DNA from: Diplonema japonicum | Lineage: Eukaryota; Protista; Euglenozoa: Diplonemea | Length of the DNA stretch: 64,000 nt | NCBI GenBank assembly: GCA_964019335.1 | Contig: OZ025672.1 | Span: 62,001 to 126,000, forward strand | Direction: 5' to 3' | Part shown: one piece after another, positions 47,519 to 57,877 of the stretch | Layout: every line of letters begins with the position of its first letter | Numbering within the stretch: the first letter of the stretch is position 1 | The notes under the pieces: generated by a model | What the model saw: only the letters and a program-made list of their open reading frames with translations | Database searches by the model: none | What the model was told of the DNA's origin: nothing | Made by a program: the position numbers and the translations under genes

Positions 47519-50500
47519 TTAAACACACAGCAAGCCGCTCATCTTCTCCTCGTAGCAGGGCTGCATCATGAACACTGTAAAGTGCTCGAACCGAACTAAG
47601 TTGGCCATCCAAGGGCAGTTGATAGCCAGAACGGACACTGTGAAGAGCGCATCGATGAAACTGTCGTATGACAAGTGCTGCAGGACTGATGTGGGGCAAG
47701 GGGACGTCGGGACGCACGTGTCGCACATCTGGGGGAAGTCATACGACGCAGGGACTGACCGTGTGAGCTCGACCAAGTGGATTAAGGAAGTGAGAGTCCT
47801 GGGGTGGGAGAAGGTGTGGAGGGAAGAATGCTTGTTCCCAATGGTTTGCAAGATCCCCTCAAACGTCTTGAAAGACATGACACGATCGGCAAGAAGGTTC
47901 GTCGGCGTGGGGCACGTCGAATGAGCGATAAAAAACTGGCTGAGATAGGGCCCGATTTTCATGAGCACGTCCCGACCGTTAGGTGTGTACAGCTCCGACA
48001 GGTATTGCTGGTGCATGTTAGGGAGGCCGGTCAAGAATGTCTCGAGATCCATCGCCAACAGACTTGACGTCTTAAACAGCAGCATCGTGAACCCACTCAG
48101 ATCCATTGCACCATTATCATTTACTACAGCGTCGTAGCAACTCCCCACTTGCTCGTCCTGAATCTTCGGCAACGTGGCTCCTTCCCATGCATGCCGCAGA
48201 TACTTCACAAATGCACAAACCCCAGTCTTCGGCAGCTCCGCATCTATGCGCATACCGCATAAAACCAAAAACAACCACTTTATCTTGCTGCTGCTCTCCG
48301 CCGTCACTTCCCTCGCTTGTTCTGGCAGCATCCTCAGCATGAATCTCATAACACTCTTCGCTTCGTACAGAACAGGTACCTTTTCTTCTATCTTTTTCTT
48401 TTTTTTCCTGATTCTCGCGTTCGGTACTGCCGCTAAGGCTTCCTCCTCTTTCGTTTTTCGCATCCAGCAGGATAGGAATAAGGTTGTCACAAATACCATC
48501 TTCACGTCAGGTGAGTTACAAGCCAGCAAACCGGGGGTAAAAGGGAAACTGTTCCCAGGGCAGATCTGCTTCAAGCACTGCAAGAGATACACGGCGTGCT
48601 CGTATTCATTGTTGGGTGTATTGGCTGGTAGGTTCAAAGCTCCGTCTGTCAGGTAGGGTGCCGACACGAATTGCGAGAGCTGCACCAGCTTCCACAGTCC
48701 TGGCTCAAACCCTGTTGCAAAGGTGGCACACTTGTACTTCCCATCGATCTCAATCCAAGACGACGCGCCGTGCCACCACACGAGCTGCATGGCTGAGGTT
48801 GCCTCGGTAGCGATGATGCTTTTCGCCTTGAGGCGTGGGCTTTTTGACACAAATGTCGCTCGCCTTTTGGTACCCCCTTTCTGTGCGGTAAGGAGTGTCT
48901 CTGTGATTACGTCTGTCACGCGCGGCACCTTCTCCTTCACCGTGCGTCTGAAGTATCCACCGCCTTGTGCAGCTTGGAGCTGCCCAGACGCCCAGATAAG
49001 CACCAGGTGTGCATCGGAAGGGGTTGACGATTTACACACTGCGTGGTTGTTGACCTCTTTCTTGGAAATGAGGCACCGTATGTTAATGGGGGGCACAATT
49101 GTCTTCTTTGGGTACCAGGGTCGTGACGAGGACGCAGCGGCGCGTGCAGCCAGCTCATCGGGATCCATTGCTGTATGCAGCAAGTCATACAAGAGAAGCT
49201 TTGAGAGGATAACAACCTGCAGTGGTTGGCTGTTCTCAGTGAAGCTTGTCTTGTCTGCGTCTTCGAGAATCTCGATGAGCAGCAGCGCTTTCCACACAAG
49301 CTCCGTTTTGTCTGGTGTAGCTTCGCTCGTCGAACAAACAAAATTCAAAGCGTCCTGCGCAACGCAAGAAAGTAGCAGCATCCACACATCCACCGTGATA
49401 TCTGCCAAGGTGGGCACAAGATACTCTTCGGGCACGCCTGCATTCTTGCCACGAGAGTGTGCCGCCTTCGACTGCATTGCATTGTAGTGGCTCCGCAGGC
49501 TCGGAGGGATCATGTGCTGCATCATATCGCTCTGCAGCGCTTTTGTTAAAACGTGGTTCATCCACAATCGCAACACCTCAGCGTTCGTCCATTCTTCCTT
49601 CACGATTGGGACGCCTCTCTGCACCCAAACCGTATAGTAGTCAGGATCCCCCTCTACACCACATGACTGCTGCCCTGTCTCCCCTACACCTACTGCAGAT
49701 GTCGTCAGATCCGGCCGCTTAAAACTGATGATGCCGCTGCTCATAACAGTACCCTCCATGTCTGCTAGAGGCGACGACAGGTCGAACAGCAGCTTATTTG
49801 CTGTTCTGTTGTTGTAAGCCTTCTCGAGTTCGTTGTGATCGTACTGCAGTAAGTCACTAGACACCTTGAGCTCCTTGATAACGTGCTCTGACGCAAGATG
49901 GAGCGTACGAAGGTCTTCGTAATCCTGTTTTATACCCGCCAAGGCGTTGTGTGCCCTGCGCGACTCGACAGAAGATATCGCATGCCGCTTTTCAAAGACA
50001 TAACACCGCCAGCAGCTTATAGTTCGCTGTTTGATACAGCGTGTTTGGATATTGAAGTGGTTGCGAAGGGACACTGCGCGCCCTGCGGCGATATGTGATG
50101 CGTAACGTCGCCACTGCCGTAGTATGATCCTCATAAAGAGCTCCCATTTTGCGTTGAGAAAAGAACGCTTTTGCTTACTTGCTCGTTCTGCCTGGGCCTT
50201 CTTAAGGTCGCGGATACACGCCTCTCCTAACACCTCATCTCGGCTATGGCCTTGCAGGCATGCATCTTGCCATGTTGTGGAGCTTTTGTACTCTGTTTGT
50301 CTTGCAGCTACCCACCTGCAGATCTTCGTTGTGTCTGTGAGGTGTTCTTCGGGGAATGGAGCACTGTGCCTTGGTGGGTCGGCCTTGACAGCCTTGATGA
50401 GAACAGCCTTGATGGATGCAAGGAGCTGGCACCAGACTGGGGAAAAAACCTTAGCAACAAGTCCTGATGTGATGAGGAAGTCGAACGCAGCACAGGCCGT

Positions 50501-50881
50501 CTCGATGGGTGCATCCATATAATCGACGAGTTCAAGCAGCTTGAGGAGGATGCCCTCGGTGGTGTTGGTGCTGAGCAGAGGTGTCGGGTGCTCTCGTGAC
50601 ATATTCATCGAGAACGGTTCCCTGTCGCAGTGCTTCATGATGTAACTGATTGACACTTCCGACTGTCGCCTTCTCTGCGGTGCTGACAGCGGCCTCTTTG
50701 CTTCCTGCCATATCCCTCCTGCTGATAACTTCTTCCCAGCACCGTACCGTGCCCATCCCTTCCCCACATCGTTCACGATATCCTTCATCGACACCCTAAC
50801 AGCATCTACCCTGCATGAGTCAGGCACCTCTCCGGTCACGCTGAGGCCTCCGCTATATGTGTACTTATCCATAGTGCTCAT
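47519..50881 (-). CDS. Large hypothetical protein with coiled coil and degenerate calponin-homology-like segments
   Basis: ~1120-aa ORF; EVLRLWMNHVL and LVLIWASGQL resemble CH first helices; W-spaced basic helices. Domain call is weak. Confidence 0.7.
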   Translation of the reverse strand: MSTMDKYTYSGGLSVTGEVPDSCRVDAVRVSMKDIVNDVGKGWARYGAGKKLSAGGIWQEAKRPLSAPQRRRQSEVSISYIMKHCDREPFSMNMSREHPTPLLSTNTTEGILLKLLELVDYMDAPIETACAAFDFLITSGLVAKVFSPVWCQLLASIKAVLIKAVKADPPRHSAPFPEEHLTDTTKICRWVAARQTEYKSSTTWQDACLQGHSRDEVLGEACIRDLKKAQAERASKQKRSFLNAKWELFMRIILRQWRRYASHIAAGRAVSLRNHFNIQTRCIKQRTISCWRCYVFEKRHAISSVESRRAHNALAGIKQDYEDLRTLHLASEHVIKELKVSSDLLQYDHNELEKAYNNRTANKLLFDLSSPLADMEGTVMSSGIISFKRPDLTTSAVGVGETGQQSCGVEGDPDYYTVWVQRGVPIVKEEWTNAEVLRLWMNHVLTKALQSDMMQHMIPPSLRSHYNAMQSKAAHSRGKNAGVPEEYLVPTLADITVDVWMLLLSCVAQDALNFVCSTSEATPDKTELVWKALLLIEILEDADKTSFTENSQPLQVVILSKLLLYDLLHTAMDPDELAARAAASSSRPWYPKKTIVPPINIRCLISKKEVNNHAVCKSSTPSDAHLVLIWASGQLQAAQGGGYFRRTVKEKVPRVTDVITETLLTAQKGGTKRRATFVSKSPRLKAKSIIATEATSAMQLVWWHGASSWIEIDGKYKCATFATGFEPGLWKLVQLSQFVSAPYLTDGALNLPANTPNNEYEHAVYLLQCLKQICPGNSFPFTPGLLACNSPDVKMVFVTTLFLSCWMRKTKEEEALAAVPNARIRKKKKKIEEKVPVLYEAKSVMRFMLRMLPEQAREVTAESSSKIKWLFLVLCGMRIDAELPKTGVCAFVKYLRHAWEGATLPKIQDEQVGSCYDAVVNDNGAMDLSGFTMLLFKTSSLLAMDLETFLTGLPNMHQQYLSELYTPNGRDVLMKIGPYLSQFFIAHSTCPTPTNLLADRVMSFKTFEGILQTIGNKHSSLHTFSHPRTLTSLIHLVELTRSVPASYDFPQMCDTCVPTSPCPTSVLQHLSYDSFIDALFTVSVLAINCPWMANLVRFEHFTVFMMQPCYEEKMSGLLCV

Positions 50882-50948
50882 GGCAAGGCTGAGTGTGCAA
50901 TGGATTGATGGCACAAAGCAACAAAAAACATTTTATTTGTTAAAAGAC

Positions 50949-51542
50949 TCAAGGCCTCAAGGCATGCCGCTGCTGGAGGAACCTTGTCGCGTCGTACACC
51001 ATCTCGCCGTTGTTAAGGCTCTTCGCCTTCTTGTACAAGGAAGCAAGAGAGGGAGCAGGAGGAGGGTCGGGCACGGGGTTGTTATGTTTCTCGTGCATGG
51101 CACGAAGGCGCTCCCATGACTCTGGCTCTGGAGGCGGAGAGTGTGTTGGGGTGGAGGGGAAGAAATCATCCCATTTTGATTTGATCCTCGTGAACTTGTT
51201 AGTGATATCACTAAGTGCCACATCGCATTCGTCAGCATACTCTTTGCTTTCCCGCAGAGCCTTGCGAAGCTTCTCCATTTCCCCACTCACCTCTTCACTC
51301 ACCTTCATTTCTCGCTGCTCCTCTCTTTGCTCTTTTAGGTTCCCCATCAGTTCCTCATACTCTGCACTCACCATCTCTACCACCTTTACGGCTTCACTTC
51401 TCACTTCCATCAGCTGGCGGAGCTTCAACTCCTTCAAGTAATACTCCTTTTTCAATTCCTCGATCTCGCTAAACGCATTCAGGTAGTTACAGACACACAA
51501 AACCACAATGGCCCCTGTCCACACCACAGGGAGGGTCTGCAT
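50949..51542 (-). CDS. N-terminally anchored coiled-coil protein
   Basis: Hydrophobic N-terminus followed by E/K-rich heptads. Confidence 0.7.
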   Translation of the reverse strand: MQTLPVVWTGAIVVLCVCNYLNAFSEIEELKKEYYLKELKLRQLMEVRSEAVKVVEMVSAEYEELMGNLKEQREEQREMKVSEEVSGEMEKLRKALRESKEYADECDVALSDITNKFTRIKSKWDDFFPSTPTHSPPPEPESWERLRAMHEKHNNPVPDPPPAPSLASLYKKAKSLNNGEMVYDATRFLQQRHALRP

Positions 51543-51707
51543 CTTTTGCTATATAGCTGAGAATTTGTGCAAATATGAAAAGAAACCTTGGGGGGGGGGG
51601 GGCAAAACGAAAAACTACTACAATTTCACAACAAGGTTTGGTTCTATAGAACTTGTAACAGACCACTGGTTACTGGGGAAGGGAGGGGTATAAAAAAGGT
51701 TTAAAAA

Positions 51708-54700
51708 CTACAACTGTACAGGGGTGTGTGGGGCTGCCTTCATTGGGCTTTTATTAGGCGAAGCAGCGAGGGGGGAATGCTCGAACATGCGGAGGAGCTG
51801 ACGCGGCGAAACTGCCTGCGGCTCCTGCGCTGGGTAGACGATGGTGGCCATTCCTAAGTGGTGGCGTTCTATCTCGCTAAGGTATGTGTTCAGAATATGC
51901 AAAGACTGCTGTGAGGCACGTGTGGTAAGCTTCTTGGTACCGCTTTGTGTCTTGTCGTTCGATATGGCACCTATATGCTTGTGCAGCTTGTGTAACTCCC
52001 TCACCAAAGACCCTCGCTGCCCTAGAATCCATCCAAACTGCTCTAACCTTCCGGCCAGCGAGTCTTTATCTTTTGCCGCATTGTTGTTCTCCGCAACCAG
52101 CTCCTTCATCTGTTCCATGAGGTAGTCCCTCTCTTCATAGAGCTTCTGGTTCTCCTCTTGAAATTCCGCCCTGTCATCTTCTACCGTCTTGAGCTGCTGG
52201 ATGCACATTTGAATCCTTGCTTCGAGTCTCTCATTTCTTTCCATCTCGTCCTTGAGGCCCTGTTCTGATGTGTGCAGCATATCCTTTATGTCAGCCAGCT
52301 GGCCTTCTACTTGCTGGTAATGCAAGTCTTTCGGTGCTGATGCGTCGAGCTTCAACACCTCGTTTTCCTCTTCAACAGTTCGGAGCTTCATTTGGGTATC
52401 GATAAGCTTCTGATAGAGACTGGCCTTGTCCTTCTCGAGCTCGTGGGTTGAGTCTTCCACAAGAGAGGTCCCACTCTCAAGTAGGTCTACCTTGCTCTTC
52501 ATCTCGTTCAATTGATGAAGCAGCCTGTGTTAGTGATGTTGACTTGATACACATGCTGCATACCTGCTTTTTTCTTCGTTGGACACTGCAAGGTTTTCGT
52601 TGGCCACGCTTAGCTGTTGGCCTACTTGCTGCGTCTCTTCCTGTGTGCAGGGTAAACGGACAACAATATTGCCACACCTTCATCTTCAAAACCCTTTCAA
52701 ACACCTCCTTTAGCTTCTCGTCCTTCACCTCGTTCTCCCTCCGCTGTTCGACAAGCTGATTTGACCTCAGGTTCTCTTCTTCGGCGAAGGCTTGAACACT
52801 GGCCCGCAGCCCCTCCAGCTGTAGGAGTTGAGTGAATACGCAGACATCATACCTCTTCTTGAAGTTTGGACCTCTCGCTTTCTTGTTTTGCGGTTTTGGT
52901 TTCCAGCTCTTTCTTCGTTACTTCTTTTGCGTGTTTCGCTTCCTGATATTTTGATTCCGTTGGTTTGCTTTGCGTACCTTGATGGCCTTGCTCGCCAGTT
53001 CTTCCATCTTTTCGGCTTTTTCGCTCATTTCCTGCGTTTCTATAAATCATTGTCGTGTTGGGGAAATACCTTAAGCTTCTTTTTCGCTTGCGTGCCAGAC
53101 TGGTCAACCTTCTCGCGAAGAGTAGCTACCTCATTTGTCAGCAATGCATTCTGATCCCTCAGACCGATGACGACAGGGTTGCGGGGCGACTGCTGACGTT
53201 GTAATTCAGCTTCCAAGTTGGTGAGTCTCTTGATGGAGTCGTCTGCCCGCTCGGTAGCGGAGTCCAGTAAAGCTTTCAATTTGTCACGTTCCGCGGTCAC
53301 CTCTTCGCACAGCGCTAGTGCAGCATCAAGCTCTGCCTCCCTAAAGGAGAGTGTGGATTGGATTGCATTAGCATTCTGTGTCTCTTTCTGCAGCGCAGAC
53401 TCCGCCGCTGTGGCAGCCTCTTCCAGTGCATGTTTCTCAGCTACAACAGCATTATTTCTTGTTGTGTCCTCATGTGCAGCAGCAAGTGTCTGCATGGCTT
53501 CTTCCAGTCTGCTCTCTGCGTCGCTCGCAATGGCATCCGACTGGAAAGCTCGTGTGAGAGCGTCACTTGCCTTACTCTCTGCCTCCTCCAGCGCATCGTG
53601 CGCTTGCTGAAAATTCTCTTCTGCTTTTTGTAGGGCCGTTGCGTTCTTTTTCAGTTTATTTTCTAGCATTTCGATGATCTCCTGCGACTCTTCTGCTTGT
53701 TTAATCATCTCCATGTTCTTAATCGTCATTTCCTGCAGTTCAGATGTAGCGACCGTGCTTGTTTCTCTCCTGGCAACACTGGCCTCTCTTCGTTGTATTA
53801 GCTCAGCCTCCACTTCGAACAGCCGCTGCACGACCTTTTCCCTCTCAGATTTGTTATCTGCTGCCTTCTGCTGTTCCGCTTTGAGCTGCGTCATCAGCGA
53901 TGTGAGCTCTTGTGCGGGTGTTGATGATCTGGATAGTGCGTCTTCTGCGATGGCATCTGCTTGCATAGCACGGATCTCAGCTTCTTTTAGCTTCTGCTGC
54001 AACTCTTGTGCACGCTGCTCTGCGTAGATGGTCCTGACTTCTGCCTCTCTTAACTTGGAGTGAAGCTCGTCCTCGTTGGTGGGTGTCGGTGAAGTAGTAG
54101 TGGCTCGTGTGGACTCCTCTGTCTGCACCGCCCTGGTGAGCAGAAGCTTCCCATCAGAAATCGCATTCCCCATAACCAGCTGTGGCATGGCAAGCTCACT
54201 GCCCAACTCCATCAGCACTGGCTCTTCAGCGTGAGCAGGCCTATCTTGGAGGGCGGTTATCTCTCGCTGCAAAATGATGATCTCCGCAGCTTGTGCCTTC
54301 TCCACATCATGAACCTTTTCCAGCTCTGCCTCCCTATCCTCGCGCAGGATGAGCTCCCTTTGCAGCTGTGTTTGCAATACGCTTTTGGAGTTCTCTACTT
54401 CGTTCACGAGCTCTTTCAACGCGAATAGCTCTACTTTTGTAGCGTCGGAAGGCTCTTTTGTAGGTGCTTTTGTAGGCTCGGCCTCTTTCTTCGTCTGCGT
54501 GTCCATAGCTATTAGCAGGTAATCGCGCTCTTCCTCTACTTGCTTCAGCTTCTTCCCGAGTGCAGCAAGATCCTCATCTTTGCTTGTCAAACTCTTAGAC
54601 AGTTTCGAACTTTCTGCAGATAGCCTTTTAACTGCCTCACGCAAAGTGTCCAACTCTTTGGTGTCTTTTTTGGGATTCTTCTTGCGGATCTCTTCATTCT

Positions 54701-55907
54701 CTTGCAGAAGTTGTTGGTTTTCATGCGACAAACGTGCGTTTTCTATAGTAAGCTGTTTTACAGCATCACGGTAGGTACTCAGCTCCTCTTGTTCCTCTGT
54801 GTCGCTATGTACAGACTGTGCAGGCTCTTCTTTGGCAGCTTTTACCTCGTTTACTTGCAACACCATCTCATGCATCTGGAGTGGCTGTTGTTCCAGTTCT
54901 TGTTTTTGTGGCTGTTGTTGCGGTTGGGAATGCTGATTCTGGTGCTGGATGGGTTGGTGTAAAGGCTGATTCAGTTCCTGCTGTTGATGGTGAAGTGACT
55001 GCTGTTGCAAAGGCTGGTGCAGCTGCTGTTGCTGGTGGTGTAGTGACTCCTGTTGTAAAGGCCGATTCAGTTGCTGTTGTTGATGGTGTAGTGGCTCCTG
55101 TTGCTGCAAGGGCTGAGGCTGTTGCTGCTGAGAGTGGAGGGGTTGTTGATGCTGCAGTAAGGGCTGATGCAGCAGCTGTTGTTGAGAATGCAGGTTTTGG
55201 GCCTGCTTCTGCTGTTGCAGAGACTGCTGTATGAACGACTGCTGCTGCAGAAGTTGAGGTTGCTGTTGTTGCTGAAGAGATTGCTGCAGGAATGATTGCT
55301 GCTGTAAAAGATGAGGCTGCTTGTGAGTCTGAGCCTGAAGGTTCAAAGGCTCTCGCTCAGGCAAGAGGCCCTGTTGTTCCTCTTCTACCCGGTTGTGCAG
55401 ATTCTCAAGTTCCTTCTTTAACTCTTCCACCTTCTGGCTGTTGACGCGGCGCGTGGCCTCAATGTCTTTGTGCATGTTGACATAGTCCTGAGGCGGTTCA
55501 TGGTTCACATGCTGTTTAGTGGCCTGCTTAGAAGGGGGCTTCTTCCCGATATTCCAGTGGGCGCGAAGCTCGTTCCGGATCTGTTCTTGGTCCTTGTAGG
55601 CTGGAGCGTCCTGCATGCTGCGGTCAGCGCTGACGGATCGCTTCATCACCTGCTGAGCTTGGCCAAGGACTGCACGGAGAGACGAAGCAGCCTCCTCGAC
55701 TCGCGACTCCAAGGAGGGTGTGTATGAGGGCGAAGGAGAAGCTGAGTGGTTGCTTTGCTGAGCTGCTTGGTTCATCGGGTCCATTAACAACAATCGCCTT
55801 ACTGCGACGGGAGACTCCCACGCGTCCTTCTGCCCATGCCGCAGGGGGGATATGTTCTGCCTCTGCTGGTTCATCGGCGACACAGACGCACTGAGTGTCG
55901 ACCTCAT
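51708..55907 (-). CDS. Large Q-rich coiled-coil protein, 6 coding exons
   Basis: Introns 53032-53069, 52943-52977, 52819-52852, 52641-52677 and 52525-52563 join ORFs 53040..55940 and 51708..52511 without stops. Possible 5'UTR intron 55915-55956. Confidence 0.8.
54880..55330 (-). repeat. Coding CAG/CAA-rich Gln/His/Pro/Leu repeat
   Basis: Units such as LHHQQQQLHQPLQQQS and LLQQQSF recur. Confidence 0.85.
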
Positions 55908-56255
55908 CCTCCTCCTGTGAACATGATGAAAGCAAGACAAAGCGAAAACAACTTACCGACACCCGTAGTTAGAACCAGTGAAAATAAAAATAAATGAATA
56001 AAATAAAATGACACTGACCTTCTTCATCTGAATACAAGAAAAAAAAAAAAGAAAGAAACGAAAAAAAGGAAGAAACGCAAACCCGTTTTACGTATTTCTT
56101 GTTTTTGTGCATCCTACCGTGCTGTACTGTAAAGCGCATCTAACGCTGCCCGAATGACTACAAAATAAACAAGTGTTTCTGCCCATTAAAAAAAAGGGGG
56201 GAGTAGCGCACCTTCTTCTTTCCAAGGGTCTGTTTGCGTGTCACAATTCGTTTCT

Positions 56256-56726
56256 CTAGCAAGGAAGGAGAGAGCAGCAGGTTTTGCAGCAGCTGATGCA
56301 AGCGGTGTGGCCAAGGGGAATATAGGAGAGCGTGAACCAGGCCTGGGAAATGAAGAAGAAGACACACATTAGAGAGATAAGTGCATCGGGGGAGTGGAGG
56401 TACCCGAGCGTGAACAAAGTGATTAGAGATGCAAAATATGTGACACAGGCACAGCGCCGGTCAGGAGACCACAGGGAGGACATTGTGGATTTGATGCCCG
56501 AAGCGGTGCAGGAGGAGCACATGGTGAAGATACAGCTCAACACTGTGAGCACCGCGAACGACGAGAGCCTCCCCTGCCGCGCGCTTATCCACGACAGCAT
56601 CGTGCACAGCATAGCAGTGCACAACCACATGAATGACACATATATCCTCTCATCCCATTCCATGTCGAACATTCCATCCTTCGGCTCTTCGTCCTTATCT
56701 AACAGCACTGACCTCTCATTCGCCAT
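56256..56726 (-). CDS. SFT2: SFT2/Got1-family tetraspanning vesicle transport protein
   Basis: WDERI..F, FAVL, DRR, and WFTLSYIPLG C-terminal motif; four hydrophobic segments. ATG at 56726. Confidence 0.75.
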   Translation of the reverse strand: MANERSVLLDKDEEPKDGMFDMEWDERIYVSFMWLCTAMLCTMLSWISARQGRLSSFAVLTVLSCIFTMCSSCTASGIKSTMSSLWSPDRRCACVTYFASLITLFTLGYLHSPDALISLMCVFFFISQAWFTLSYIPLGHTACISCCKTCCSLLPC

Positions 56727-56821
56727 TTCATGCCCTGTTACTGAATAGAAACAGCCACAAAAAAAGAAAACCAAAAATACGACAAAAGAAAGAAAAAACT
56801 AATCTAAACTCTATTTCTACG

Positions 56822-57793
56822 TCAGTTGCGTCTCTCCATGCCTGCTGAAGGACATCTGTGTGACGGACTCCGCAGTGGGGTGTGGTTTGGTGCGGTGCCT
56901 ATGTGATTCCATATCGACCTCACGGAGCTATCGATGAGCGTCATGCGGTCAGCAACATACTGCATCATGGACTTATGTTGTGTGGACTGCACGCTGGAGA
57001 TGGGGTGTAGCTTGCCATCGATGACCTTATGCAGAAGAGAAGCGGGGTATGAAGGGGCATCTCGTGCAGCTTCCTCCAAGACGGCAGTTAGGGTAGCCTC
57101 TACATCTACAACACGAGGAGGGGAGGGAGGGGACGGTCTCTTCGCCCATTCCTGCAAAGCTATGTACCGCCGCCTAAGCAGCACCATCGTGGCCGTGTGT
57201 TGCACTCGCCTCACAGCACGGTGCCTCACAACCCTCTTCTTCCTTACATCTATTACCCATGCTTTCCACGCTTCGTACCTTCTCTTTATCATCGCCAGTA
57301 AGGTACTATGTGCGACCCGCCGTACTGCTCTCACCTGCTGCATCCTTTGCCTGCATAAGGAATACCATATTTTATAGAAGTTTGACATAAGGTCACGGTT
57401 TCTCAGCCTTGACGTGGCGAGCATCAAGCATGCTTTCTGTAGCCGTGCGTTCCGTGCGACGGTGCTCTCTAGTTGCGACGTCCGTAGTGTGACACTCTGG
57501 ACAGCCTTTTTCTCGACATCTTTTACAGTGCACTCAAGAAAGGCTACCCTCTCTTTGATCTCGTCTTGCTCGCTACTTCGCCTTGAGTGTCTGAACTCTG
57601 TGCTCGGCTCGGCAGACACTGAAGGCACCACGCTTGCACTTCGTATGGACACGGCTGCCATGTCGTTCACTTCCATGAATCGCTCTTCGAACTGCTCGTA
57701 GTTAGGAGTCCGGCACCGCTCGCGTTCCCTTGACTGCTTCCCAGCCTTTGCCCAGATACATGAAGCAGACAGGGAGCCCCTATGTGGCTGCAT
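56822..57793 (-). CDS. Hypothetical protein with Sfi1-like W-spaced basic helices
   Basis: FYKIW, RRYEAWKAW, RRRYIALQEW repeats. Confidence 0.65.
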   Translation of the reverse strand: MQPHRGSLSASCIWAKAGKQSRERERCRTPNYEQFEERFMEVNDMAAVSIRSASVVPSVSAEPSTEFRHSRRSSEQDEIKERVAFLECTVKDVEKKAVQSVTLRTSQLESTVARNARLQKACLMLATSRLRNRDLMSNFYKIWYSLCRQRMQQVRAVRRVAHSTLLAMIKRRYEAWKAWVIDVRKKRVVRHRAVRRVQHTATMVLLRRRYIALQEWAKRPSPPSPPRVVDVEATLTAVLEEAARDAPSYPASLLHKVIDGKLHPISSVQSTQHKSMMQYVADRMTLIDSSVRSIWNHIGTAPNHTPLRSPSHRCPSAGMERRN

Positions 57794-57877
57794 CTTGCTT
57801 CCTATTAATTAATCTTTTAAAACCCCCTTTTTAAAAAGAAATTGCTTTAAAAAAATAATAGTCTATCTCTATTGGGT

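Noticed and set aside
54880-55330. Repeat array as possible CRISPR or satellite
   Set aside because: Degenerate in-frame Gln-rich coding repeat with no repeat-spacer structure.
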